Sequence record: DRR378314_644
DNA: 39,996 nucleotides
Strand: one strand, 5' to 3'
Below the pieces are notes generated by a model. The model saw only the letters and a program-made list of their open reading frames with translations, ran no database searches and had not been told where the DNA came from. Every line of letters starts with the position of its first letter. Position 1 is the first letter of the stretch. The position numbers and the translations under genes are program-made. This document shows, piece by piece, positions 1 through 10,200 of the stretch.

Positions 1-35
1 CTGCATCTTGAGGTGGCTTGGGTATATAAGCGGTA

Positions 36-1106
36 TTAACGATAATGCCGCTTATACCAAAAATAGACACCTGAAATCGAGAACAACAGTGGCAATAATG
101 CAAGCAGCAACCACAGTGCTTGTAGCAATGAACCTGCAAAATCACCTATATGAAATTTATACTTAAAGTTCCATGCTTGTGTTGTAAAGTTAGCTTTTGA
201 TGCGTCATACTTTTGAAGCACTTGACCTGTGTATTGATTGGCCCATACCCAGCTGTAGGCGTGACTCTCACCAGGATTTTTAATTCGTAAAGCAATTGCG
301 TCATTTGGTTCTTTTGGTAAATAAATACGAAACAGTACTCCTTTAGGAAACACAGATAAGCCATTTTCTAGCGCAACTGCGAATTGATCACGGTTAATAT
401 TCTTTGGTACCGTTAAAGTTGGTGCTGCTGGCCGAGCTTCAACAGTGTTTTGTGTAGTGAACTCAAGTACTGCTTTTGTTTCATCTTTAAAATTAAACGC
501 CATTCCTGTGAACGCTATTAAAATTAACACTAAAAATAAATAAACGCCCAGTACTGTGTGCAACTGATACAGCAAAATTCGTAATTTGGCTTTAGGTTTA
601 ATGACAAGCCGCCTTATGCGGTTTTTAGGTTTTATCCATAGATATACGCCAATGAGCATGTTTATGATGAAAATCAATGCACATATAGAAACCCAATTTC
701 TAAGTGGCCTTTGACCATCACTATCTTCATAAAGTAACCAACGATGCAGAGCCATGGTGAAACCATAGATGGTTGAATAATAATCATATTTTAGAAGGAT
801 ATCAGCGTTATAAGGGTTTACGCTTACGTATTGTTTGTTAGACAGTTGTATTTGCCAAGCAAATTGTGGTTGTTGCTCAGGCATAAGCATGGTGACTTTT
901 TGCTTAGTGTGAACTTCAATCGTATTGATAAGAGCTGGGTAGGCGATTGTGATTTTTTCGGGAGTCACTGTCCAAAAATCAGGGTTGATTAGGCGTTGAA
1001 TGTCCTTAGCATAAATTAGTAATGCACCCGTCACGCTCAAACATATTAAAAATAACCCACTGATCAAAGTCAGTATTAAATGAGTACGACGTAACCACAG
1101 CTTCAA
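36..1106 (-). CDS. PepSY-associated TM helix domain protein (PiuB-like iron-regulated membrane protein)
   Basis: N-terminal 'RRTHLILTLISGLFLICLSVTGALL', internal 'ALHRWLL' and 'YQLHTVLG', C-terminal 'KFHIG...SGVYFW'; His-containing TM helices typical of PepSY_TM; TTG start with AGGTGAG SD. Confidence 0.85.
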   Translation of the reverse strand: MKLWLRRTHLILTLISGLFLICLSVTGALLIYAKDIQRLINPDFWTVTPEKITIAYPALINTIEVHTKQKVTMLMPEQQPQFAWQIQLSNKQYVSVNPYNADILLKYDYYSTIYGFTMALHRWLLYEDSDGQRPLRNWVSICALIFIINMLIGVYLWIKPKNRIRRLVIKPKAKLRILLYQLHTVLGVYLFLVLILIAFTGMAFNFKDETKAVLEFTTQNTVEARPAAPTLTVPKNINRDQFAVALENGLSVFPKGVLFRIYLPKEPNDAIALRIKNPGESHAYSWVWANQYTGQVLQKYDASKANFTTQAWNFKYKFHIGDFAGSLLQALWLLLALLPLLFSISGVYFWYKRHYR

Positions 1107-1214
1107 CTGCTCACCTATAGTTTGTTAAATAAAGATGAGCGAGTATAAGTGATAGTACGATGCATTTTCAATTCTATCGAGCTGGCTAATTAAATACATT
1201 TTAAAGAGCTGTGA

Positions 1215-2069
1215 TTATCTTATTTCGATAATACAGTACTCAATAGCAAAGTTATTGTGTAAATAGGATTTTAAAGCATCTAAGTCTGGGGTTTTGTCAG
1301 CACAAATGACTAGTTCACAGTGTGTTGTATTATCATCAGATTGCCATGCTTTTAAACTAAGTACTTTGCTTAATGAAAACTCACTAGTTAAATTTGATAT
1401 TATGTTTTGGCGTTCGAAGTCAGTGGGGGCTGCTTGCATCAGAATTCGACAACTTTGCATAAGTAAAATTACGCCATGATAAATCACATAAGCAGATATC
1501 AATATTGTTGCTAGCAAATCTACTATATACCATTGATAAAGTATGATGAGGGTACCGGCAACAATAACCACCACCGAAGCCATTGCATCTGAAACATTAT
1601 GAATAAAAGCCGCTCGAATATTGATACTTTTTTTTGCCCCAGCAAAGTAGGTAAGCACTGCTGTTGCCAAATCAATTATTAACGCAATTGCTGCAACCCA
1701 CACTACAATCCAACCATCAATCGGGGTGGGATTAAAATAACTCTTTATGGCTTCAATAATTAAAAAACCACCGATGACGATAAGCGTTGTACTATTTAGT
1801 AATGTGGCCAAAATCTCTGCACGTTTATAGCCAAAATGGTAGTCATCATCTGCTATTTTATTCCCTATTTTTCGGGCGATTAAAGCAATGAAAATTGCCG
1901 CTGCATCACTTAAATTATGCAGTGCATCAGCAATGAGGGATAAGCTGCCCGAAAAAATTCCTCCTGCAACTTGTGCAGCTGTAAGGAGTACATTAATAAA
2001 AACAGCAAAAGCTAATTGGTAGTCACTTTTATTGTTATTTTCAGCGCTGTGATCATGACTGTGTCCCAT
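1215..2069 (-). CDS. czcD: Cation diffusion facilitator (CzcD/ZitB-like Zn/Co/Cd exporter)
   Basis: MGHSHDH N-terminus, 'SLSLIADALHNLSD', 'FGYKRAEILA', 'NIRAAFIHNVSD' (HxxxD site-A motifs). Confidence 0.9.
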   Translation of the reverse strand: MGHSHDHSAENNNKSDYQLAFAVFINVLLTAAQVAGGIFSGSLSLIADALHNLSDAAAIFIALIARKIGNKIADDDYHFGYKRAEILATLLNSTTLIVIGGFLIIEAIKSYFNPTPIDGWIVVWVAAIALIIDLATAVLTYFAGAKKSINIRAAFIHNVSDAMASVVVIVAGTLIILYQWYIVDLLATILISAYVIYHGVILLMQSCRILMQAAPTDFERQNIISNLTSEFSLSKVLSLKAWQSDDNTTHCELVICADKTPDLDALKSYLHNNFAIEYCIIEIR

Positions 2070-2246
2070 TACAGTTCCTGCTTATTACTCTAAAGTTAAG
2101 TTTATAACATGAGGTTCTAATTAAACCTAGGGGGGGAATGAGCGATTGCCTGACCATATAGGAAAAATCTGAAGGCGGTAAAGAGGCTTTGTTGTTTAAA
2201 TAAGATCTGTTATTATTTAGTCGATCCGTTTACTAAGGTAATTTAT

Positions 2247-2627
2247 TTGAAGCATTCAGTGGTGTTATTATTAGCCTTTATGTTACTCCAACCTATGTTG
2301 GATAGCTTTGACGTAGCTGATTATAACGGTGCTATTAAACAAACTTCTTCTATTTTACAGCAGCAATCTGAACTAGATAAACACTGCACTAGTAATGGCG
2401 ATCATATCCTTCATCAAAGCGAGCATAAACAGCTTAGCGCAGATTTATCTGATGCGCTTGAGGACAGTCATTGTCATGTTTGTCATGTGCCCGTATATTT
2501 CAGCACTTTATGGCACTACCCCGTTTCTGCAATTGAAGGTGAGACAATAAAACTCTCTGATATTCGCCTCAACTCACGTTTAATCGTGCCTGACTTACGC
2601 CCTCCCATCCTTTCATTAATAAGTTAA
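2247..2627 (+). CDS. CzcI/DUF2946-like metal-binding leader protein
   Basis: Hydrophobic N-terminus, His-rich middle, HCHVCH motif, C-terminal PDLRPPI; sits directly upstream of heavy-metal RND genes; TTG start with AAGGT SD. Confidence 0.65.
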   Translation: MKHSVVLLLAFMLLQPMLDSFDVADYNGAIKQTSSILQQQSELDKHCTSNGDHILHQSEHKQLSADLSDALEDSHCHVCHVPVYFSTLWHYPVSAIEGETIKLSDIRLNSRLIVPDLRPPILSLIS

Positions 2628-2662
2628 CACTGTTTAGCCTCTTGGCTATTGATTTATTAGTT

Positions 2663-2788
2663 TGAGAATTAATTAACGCTTTAAAAGTCTGTATTAGCTT
2701 GTCTTAACGCTAAGTCATACATTGTATATGTATTAAGCGAAGAAGACAGGTTTGTATGCTTTTAAATCAGCGATAGATTCTTAGTTTA
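2663..2788 (+). other. Long imperfect RNA hairpin between leader gene and RND adaptor gene
   Basis: Nested complementary pairs: TTTAAAAG 2680-2687/CTTTTAAA 2759-2766; CTTGTCTT 2698-2705/AAGACAGG 2743-2750 (one G-U); ATACAT 2717-2722/ATGTAT 2728-2733; outer GAGAATT/GATTCTT. Confidence 0.55.
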
Positions 2789-2801
2789 TGGGAATTGCAT
2801 T

Positions 2802-3920
2802 ATGAAGTTTTTTTACCTTAGCGCGCTTATTTTAAGTGTTTCTATTCAAGCGGCGCAAAATGAGCAGCATCAACATGATGAAAGCGAACCACACGTCACC
2901 GAGGAGCAAAAGGTAGGGCTTAGTTTAACCCCTACGCAAATGACTCTAGCAGATATAAAAATAGCTCCACTTACAAAACAGTTTTATCACTCTCAGATAT
3001 ATGCGCCGGGAGAAATTAAAGCAAACGGGTACACGAGTTATTTATTGTCACCACGGGTCGATTCAATTGTTGTAAAGCGTCACGCTACTTTAGGTCAGCA
3101 TATAGAAAAAGATGCTCCTTTAATAACCCTATTTAGCGCTGATGTTGCCACTGCACAAACGAACTATCGACTAGCACAAGCACAGTGGCAACGCTTAAAA
3201 AAGATGACATCGGGTACTGTGAGTGAAAAAGATTACTTAACCGCGCAGGCTGAGTATGAAGTCGCTTATAGCCAATTGGCAGCGTATGGTTTGATAAGTA
3301 AAGATATTGAGCAGTCAATAAATACTCTACCTAATAAACTTGGTGAATATACGTTGTACGCACAAACTTCTGGTGCAATTTTGAGTGATAATTTTGCTCA
3401 AGGCCAACGTGTTGATTCGGGTGTTGAGTTAATGTTGATTGCAGATGAAAGTAATTTGTGGGTAGAAGCGCAGTTATCAGCGAATCAAACTGTCAAAATT
3501 GCTAAAGGGGCCATAGTACAAATTAAGGTTAATTCAAAACACTATCCTGCAACGGTCTCGCAAGAGGCGCACACTATCAATCAAGTGACTCGCTCTAGAG
3601 TTGTCAGGTTAAATGTCGCTAATGAACAGCATCAACTTCACCCTGGTATGTTTAGCGATGTTTATTTTTCGTTTCCAACAACAGAGCAAGTTTTAGCTGT
3701 ACCGCAGCAAGCTTTGGTAAGAACCAAAGATGGTGACTGGGCTGTATTTACCGTTAATGACAATGAAGAATTTGTAGAAAAAGAGGTCGAGCTCGGGGTT
3801 AAGTTTGTTGACTTGCAAGAAATTAGAGGGATAGCAGAAGGAACTCGCATCGTCACACAAGGCGCTTTTTTTGTTGCATCAGAGCAAGCGAAAAGCGGCT
3901 TTGATCCGCATAACCATTAG
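2802..3920 (+). CDS. czcB: Heavy-metal RND efflux periplasmic adaptor (CzcB/CusB-like)
   Basis: Signal peptide, His-rich N-terminus, barrel-sandwich/alpha-hairpin layout, 'LHPGMF', 'LAVPQQAL', 'GTRIVTQGAF'; C-terminal HNH. Confidence 0.9.
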   Translation: MKFFYLSALILSVSIQAAQNEQHQHDESEPHVTEEQKVGLSLTPTQMTLADIKIAPLTKQFYHSQIYAPGEIKANGYTSYLLSPRVDSIVVKRHATLGQHIEKDAPLITLFSADVATAQTNYRLAQAQWQRLKKMTSGTVSEKDYLTAQAEYEVAYSQLAAYGLISKDIEQSINTLPNKLGEYTLYAQTSGAILSDNFAQGQRVDSGVELMLIADESNLWVEAQLSANQTVKIAKGAIVQIKVNSKHYPATVSQEAHTINQVTRSRVVRLNVANEQHQLHPGMFSDVYFSFPTTEQVLAVPQQALVRTKDGDWAVFTVNDNEEFVEKEVELGVKFVDLQEIRGIAEGTRIVTQGAFFVASEQAKSGFDPHNH

Positions 3921-3931
3921 GAGCGACGAGT

Positions 3932-6900
3932 ATGTTTAATAAAATAGTTAATGCTGCTATTGGCAATCGATTACTGGTTTTTTTAGCGCTTTGCGTGGTT
4001 GCTGCGATAAGCGCTGTGGTGATCCCTAAATTGAATTTAGATGCGTTTCCTGATGTAACCAATGTACAAGTTGCGATTAATACCGAAGCGCCAGGTTTAG
4101 CTGCCGTTGAAGTTGAGCAACTTATCACCTATCCCATTGAAGCGGTTATGTATGCGTTACCCGATGTCGACCAAGTTAGGTCGATTTCAAAAACAGGCTT
4201 ATCTGGCGTTACGGTGGTGTTCAAAGAAGGGGTGGATATTTATTTTGCGCGGCAACTCGTGTTTGAGCGTCTGCAAGCGGCTAAAGAGCTTATCCCAGAA
4301 GGAATTGGTTTGCCAGAAATGGGACCGAACACGTCAGGGCTTGGCCAAGTGTATCAATACTTACTGGCGGCATCTCCTGAGTCTGGGCTTGATAGTATGG
4401 CGCTGCGTAGCTTAAACGATTGGGTTGTAAAACTACTCATTTTACCTGTTGATGGCGTAACAGAAGTACTGTCGTTTGGTGGTGATGTTCGTCAATATCA
4501 AGTTAACCTCAACCCAAATAAGTTACTTGCTTATCAATTAGATCAGCAGCAAGTAGTGAGTGCACTTGAAGAAAATAACACCAATGTGGGTGGCTGGTAT
4601 ATGAATCGCGGCCAAGAACAATTGGTGATCCGAGGTACTGGCTGGTTTAATGCGGGCAAACCGGGGTTACAAGAAATTGCGCAAACGCCGCTGAAAACCA
4701 TTAGTGGCACCGTTGTTACTATTGCTGATGTGGCTGAGGTGTCATTAGGCAGCGAAATCCGCCAAGGTGCGGCAACCATGAGTGTTAAAGATGCACAAGG
4801 TAATATTACTTCTCTAGGTGAAGTGGTAACAGGTGTGGTGTTAAAGCGTATTGGCGCTAATACAAAACAGACCATTGATGGCATAACCTCGCGTATTCAA
4901 TTAATTAATCAAGCATTACCTGATGGTGTGACATTTGAGCCTTTGTACGACCAAGCTGATCTGATCACCAAAGCGGTCAATACGGTTGTTGATGCGTTGT
5001 TGTTGGCATTTATGTTTATTGTGGTGGTGTTGGCATTATTTTTAATGAATCTGAGAGCTACATTATTGGTTTTATTATCGATCCCAATTTCAATTGGCTT
5101 AGCACTTTGTGTGATGGCGTGGTTTGGGCTCTCTGCAAATTTAATGTCATTGGGCGGGATTGCTGTTGCGATCGGTATGTTAGTCGATGGCTCGGTGGTA
5201 ATGGTAGAAAATATCTTTCGTCATTTAACGCAGCCAAGCACTCAATCGCATAGTAATGTTGAGCGCATAAAGCTAGCTGCTCAAGAAGTTGCCCGCCCGG
5301 TATTCTTTGCAGCGTTGATCATCTTAGTGGTATTTATGCCATTGTTTAGCTTTGAAGGCGTTGAAGCTAAGCTGTTTCAGCCTATGGCAATCAGTATAAT
5401 GTTAGCAATTATTGCGGCTGTTATTGTTGCGTTGGTGATTGTGCCAGCATTAGCGGTGTACTTATTTGCCAATGGCGTCACGCTAAGACGCAGTGTGGTG
5501 CTAGCGCCTTTAGATAAAGCTTATAAGCTGTGTTTGGGCTGGGCAATGAATGTGCGTAAAACAGTGATTGGTATAGCGGGTGTGCTGGTGGTAATTGCGG
5601 GCGTGTTATTGCCACAGTTAGGCACCGAGTTTGTGCCAGAGCTTGAAGAGGGCACCATTAATTTACGAGTAACTTTGGCGCCGTCTGCCAGTTTAGATAC
5701 GGCATTGGCGGTTGCACCAAAACTTGAAGCAATATTGCTTGAGTTTCCAGAAGTCGACTATGCGTTGAGTCGTGTTGGTCGCCCTGAAGTAGGTGGCGAT
5801 CCAGAGCCAGTCAATAATATTGAAATATACTTAGGCTTAAAACCCGTAAGTGAGTGGCAATCTGCAGACAACCGCTCCCAACTGCAAGTGTTAATGGAAA
5901 CAAAACTAGAGCAATTTCCAGGCTTATTATTTAACTTTTCACAGCCGATAGCCACGCGGGTGGATGAGTTATTGTCTGGGGTAAAAGCGCAGTTGGCGAT
6001 TAAGCTGTTTGGTGCTGATTTAGCTGTGTTGGTCAGTAAAGGTCAAGCTATTGAACAAGCTGTAAAAGGTGTAGCTGGCGCAAAAGATGTGGCAATGGAG
6101 CAAATCGCCGGTGAGGCACAATTAGTGATCAAACCAAATCGCTTAGCGCTTTCTCGCTATGGGTTATCGGTGGGTGATTTAATGACCATAGTTCAACATG
6201 GTATTGGCGGTACAGCGGCAGGGCAAATTATTAATGCTAATGAGCGTTATGATATTTATGTTCGCATTGGCGCTGAGTTTCGTGACAGCCCTGAAGCCAT
6301 TGCAGATTTACGCTTATCATCACCGACTGGTGCATTGGTTAGAGTTGGCGATGTGGCAACGGTTAATATTGAATCTGGCCCACCACAAGTACGCCGTGAC
6401 GATGTGCAGCGCCGAGTGGTGATCCAAGCCAATGTACAAGGGCGCGATATGGGCTCTGTGGTTGCAGATATACGAGCTGCGATTACTGAGCAAGTCGATT
6501 TACCAGCAGGTTATGGCATAAGTATTGGCGGCCAATTTGAAAACCAACAACGAGCTCAACAGCGTTTATCAATCGTGGTACCTATCTCTTTAGCGTTAAT
6601 CGCACTGTTGCTTTATTTTGCATTTGGTTCAATAGGCCAAGCTATGCTTATTTTAGTAAATGTGCCGCTAGCTGTGATCGGTGGTGTGATTGCACTGTAC
6701 GTATCAGGCCAATATTTATCAGTTCCCAGTTCAGTCGGTTTTATTACCTTGTTTGGGGTAGCGGTACTCAACGGAGTGGTTATGGTTGAGAGTATAAATA
6801 ACCGTGTGAAAAGCGGTGATAGTTTAGATACCGCTGCATTTAATGGCGCATTATCGCGATTACGACCCGTACTGATGACGGCATTAACCTCAGCACTTGG

Positions 6901-7063
6901 TTTGATCCCTATGTTACTATCAACCGGCATTGGCGCTGAAATCCAAAAGCCATTGGCAACGGTAATTGTAGGCGGTTTATTCACGGCAACATTTTTGACA
7001 CTCTTTGTTTTACCTGTGTTATATCCTAAATTTAGCCGTCAGTATAAAACACAGCATCGCTAG
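3932..7063 (+). CDS. czcA: CusA/CzcA family heavy-metal efflux RND pump
   Basis: 1043 aa; 'DAFPDVTNVQV', 'GMLVDGSVVMVENI', 'EFVPELEEG', 'RLRPVLMTA', 'GAEIQKPLATVIVGGL'. Confidence 0.93.
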   Translation: MFNKIVNAAIGNRLLVFLALCVVAAISAVVIPKLNLDAFPDVTNVQVAINTEAPGLAAVEVEQLITYPIEAVMYALPDVDQVRSISKTGLSGVTVVFKEGVDIYFARQLVFERLQAAKELIPEGIGLPEMGPNTSGLGQVYQYLLAASPESGLDSMALRSLNDWVVKLLILPVDGVTEVLSFGGDVRQYQVNLNPNKLLAYQLDQQQVVSALEENNTNVGGWYMNRGQEQLVIRGTGWFNAGKPGLQEIAQTPLKTISGTVVTIADVAEVSLGSEIRQGAATMSVKDAQGNITSLGEVVTGVVLKRIGANTKQTIDGITSRIQLINQALPDGVTFEPLYDQADLITKAVNTVVDALLLAFMFIVVVLALFLMNLRATLLVLLSIPISIGLALCVMAWFGLSANLMSLGGIAVAIGMLVDGSVVMVENIFRHLTQPSTQSHSNVERIKLAAQEVARPVFFAALIILVVFMPLFSFEGVEAKLFQPMAISIMLAIIAAVIVALVIVPALAVYLFANGVTLRRSVVLAPLDKAYKLCLGWAMNVRKTVIGIAGVLVVIAGVLLPQLGTEFVPELEEGTINLRVTLAPSASLDTALAVAPKLEAILLEFPEVDYALSRVGRPEVGGDPEPVNNIEIYLGLKPVSEWQSADNRSQLQVLMETKLEQFPGLLFNFSQPIATRVDELLSGVKAQLAIKLFGADLAVLVSKGQAIEQAVKGVAGAKDVAMEQIAGEAQLVIKPNRLALSRYGLSVGDLMTIVQHGIGGTAAGQIINANERYDIYVRIGAEFRDSPEAIADLRLSSPTGALVRVGDVATVNIESGPPQVRRDDVQRRVVIQANVQGRDMGSVVADIRAAITEQVDLPAGYGISIGGQFENQQRAQQRLSIVVPISLALIALLLYFAFGSIGQAMLILVNVPLAVIGGVIALYVSGQYLSVPSSVGFITLFGVAVLNGVVMVESINNRVKSGDSLDTAAFNGALSRLRPVLMTALTSALGLIPMLLSTGIGAEIQKPLATVIVGGLFTATFLTLFVLPVLYPKFSRQYKTQHR

Positions 7064-7150
7064 CTTAGTCACAGGGCTAACAGGCTGAGAGTAAAATTTA
7101 CAATGCATTGAACGACTTATAAAACAGGTTGTAAAGTGAGAGTGTAATTC

Positions 7151-7188
7151 ATAACACAAGGCGCATAAACTTGCGTCCTGTGTTATTT
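7151..7188 (+). terminator. Probable terminator hairpin after the RND pump
   Basis: ATAACACAAGGCGCA-TAAACT-TGCGTCCTGTGTTAT stem-loop; U-tract is short. Confidence 0.45.
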
Positions 7189-7239
7189 AGTGCATTATTA
7201 GTAAGATATAGATGGAAAAGTTTTTGGTTAAAAATAACA

Positions 7240-10200
7240 ATGCAAAAAAATCAGAGTAATTATAAAGGCCAATCTATCCGCAGTAAGTTGATAGTTACAT
7301 TTATTATTATTTCATTAGTGCCTTTATGTTTGCTTTCTTGGTTTAGTTTTAACCATGTTACCCAGTCTTTAGAACAAAATGCTGAAGTAGAGCTTAAAGA
7401 GTTAAGCCATATCGGTAAGCAATTTGCTGATATATGGTTTACTGATCATGTTAAAGATATTTATTTATTAAGCGATCAACTCCAGCACAATCAGCTTCAA
7501 AAACAATTGTTTATTGATAAATTTATCGCACGATACAAGTTCGTTGATAATATTCATATATTGTTTGATCCTCAAAATACGCCTAGTCCACGAACTAGAG
7601 GGCAATTTACTCAGTTAAATCAAGATCAACTTATCGCCATGCTGGCTAAGTTAGAACAAGGCGAAAGAAACGTATTTATTTCCGGCTCAGAGCCAGTAGC
7701 ACAGCACTTTATTGGTGTAGCAATTCACGATGAACAACAAAGATTAACCTCCATTGTTTTGGTTACAGTTAATTTTCAGGGGCTGTTGACGAGTCTAGAA
7801 AGTATTCATGAAGCAAACCCCAGCTTAAACTTTTACCTTGTTAAAGACCGAGTTATTCAAGGAAAAAATCAATCTTTGAGCTTCATTGCAGGCAATGAAA
7901 GCCCTGAAATACAGCAGGGAGTATTTACTTATTCTAAAAATAACAATGAATTATATTATGCCATTTTAACTGATCTTAATTTTGCTGATGCGAAAGGCTG
8001 GCAACTACTTGTTGAAAAGCCAAGTGATGTCATGTTGTTAAGTGCAAGGCAGTATAAACGAATGGCAGTAATAACAAGCAGCATAGCACTGGTGAGTATT
8101 TTAATATTGTCGCTGTGGTTTGCACGGCGATTATCGCGGCCATTAGTGCAACTAGCTAAAGCCACAGAAAACATAACGAATGGAACTCAAGAGCATGTAC
8201 CAATTTTAACTGATAGTGCTGAACTACATCAGTTATCTATCGATCTTGAGTTGCTAGTTAACAGTAAAGAGCAACAAAAAGCGCGTCTACAACAACAAAG
8301 TGATGCCCTAAAACATGCTTTAAAACAATTAACTGAACAAAAAAATGCTTTAGATGAGCACGCCATTGTGGCTATTACTGACATCAAAGGCAGTATTACA
8401 TTTGTTAATAATAAATTGTGTGAAATTAGTGGTTACAGTGAAGCTGAGTTGCTGGGGCAAAATCACCGTATGCTGAATTCAGGCAGACACAATAAAAGCT
8501 TTTTTAAAGGAATGTATAAAACTTTAAAACAAGGCAAAGTGTGGCATGGACAAATATGTAATAAAGCTAAAAATGGCGCTTATTATTGGGTCGATACCAC
8601 CATTTTACCTTTTTTTGATGAACAGGGGCACGCGCAAAGTTATATTGCCGTACGCACCGATATTACCGCATTAAAGCATCAAGAAATTGAACTTGAGCAA
8701 CATAAAACCCAATTGCAACTTGTACTCGACAGCACTGCTGTAGGAGTGTGGGATTGGTATATAGACACCGATAAGGTTTACTTTAACAATCGATGGGCTG
8801 AAATAATTGGTTACACGTTAGCGGAGCTCGAGCCAACCGATATTAATACTTGGCAAGACAATGCCCACCCAGATGACCTTATAGTGTCAGAGCAAAAGCT
8901 GACGGAGCACTTTTGTGGCCATACTGATTACTATGTTGCTGAGTCGAGAATGAAGCATAAAAATGGTCAGTGGATCTGGATTTTAGATACCGGCCGTGTT
9001 GTTGAATGGAATACGGATGGTACGCCAAAACGTATGATCGGTACCCATTTAGACATTACCGAGCGTAAAGAGATCGAAACCCAATTACAACAAGGGCGGG
9101 ATAGGTTTGCATCGCTGGTTGAAAATATCCCGGGCATTGTCTATCGCTGCAAATATGACGAGCAATGGACCATGCTTTACATGAGTGACCAAACAAAAAC
9201 GATTACAGGCTATGAACCTCATGATTTGGTTCATAACTATCACCTTGAATTTGCTCAGTTAATTCATCCAGATGATACCACTAAAGTTGAACAAGAAATT
9301 GCCAAGCAAGTAGCGTTACAGCAGCCTTGGTCTATTGAATACCGGTTAATTGCATCGGACTCAAGCACGCACTGGGTACATGAAAAAGGCCAAGCAGTGT
9401 TTGATGATGCGTCGAATGTACTCTACCTTGATGGATTCATTTTAGATATTACCGAACAATATAATACCCAATCGCAGTTGTATCGTCAGCAAAGCCTACT
9501 TGAAACCATGAGTAAACAAGGGAAAATCGGTGCTTGGGAAGTTGATTTAGAGCGTGCAAAAATCTATTGGTCAGAAGAAGTTAAAGCAATTCATGAAGTG
9601 TCAGATAATTATCAACCTAAAATTGAACAAGCGCTTGATTTTTACAAAGAAGGAATGCACCGAGATAAAATTAGTGAGCTATTTGAAAAGGCCGTTGCAG
9701 ATGGGCAAAGTTGGGAAGTCGAACTGATTATAATCACTAAAACAGGTAAAGAACGTTGGGTTAAGTCAATAGGGCAAGCTGAGTTTTCAGAGGGTAAATG
9801 TATTCGTGTTTACGGCTCTTTTCAAAATGTTGATACGTATAAACGCCTTGAATTAGAGAGTATTAAAGCAAATCAGTACAACAAAAACTTAGCTAGCCTA
9901 ACGGTATCACCGCAAATACTCTCTGGTAATTTTAGTAAAGTAAAAGATTTAGTTGCGCAATCCATGTGCGAAGTACTGAATGTACAGCGAGCATCAGTAT
10001 GGTTGTTTGATTCGAATAATCAAGAAATGCACTGCATGAGTTTATACAGTGCCGAAGAAGGCGTGCAGCAGCAAAGCTTTGTGTTAAAAGTTGATGAATA
10101 CCCAAGTTATTATAAAACGATTTTTGCCCAAGGCTTATTAGCCATTAACAATGTTAATACCCACCCCGCTACGGTTGAGTTTATTAAAGATTACACTTCG

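Noticed and set aside
1-39. Possible 3' end of a plus-strand gene (LHLEVAWVYKRY*) overlapping the PepSY stop
   Set aside because: Only 12 codons visible; cannot be identified or distinguished from chance
1151-1178. Possible Fur box upstream of the PepSY-TM gene
   Set aside because: Only about 11/19 match in AT-rich DNA
2092-2112. Zur-like half site TATAACAT upstream of czcD
   Set aside because: Left half and spacing do not fit the Zur dyad
2070-2246. NiCo or other metal riboswitch upstream of czcD
   Set aside because: No recognisable conserved sequence or four-way junction
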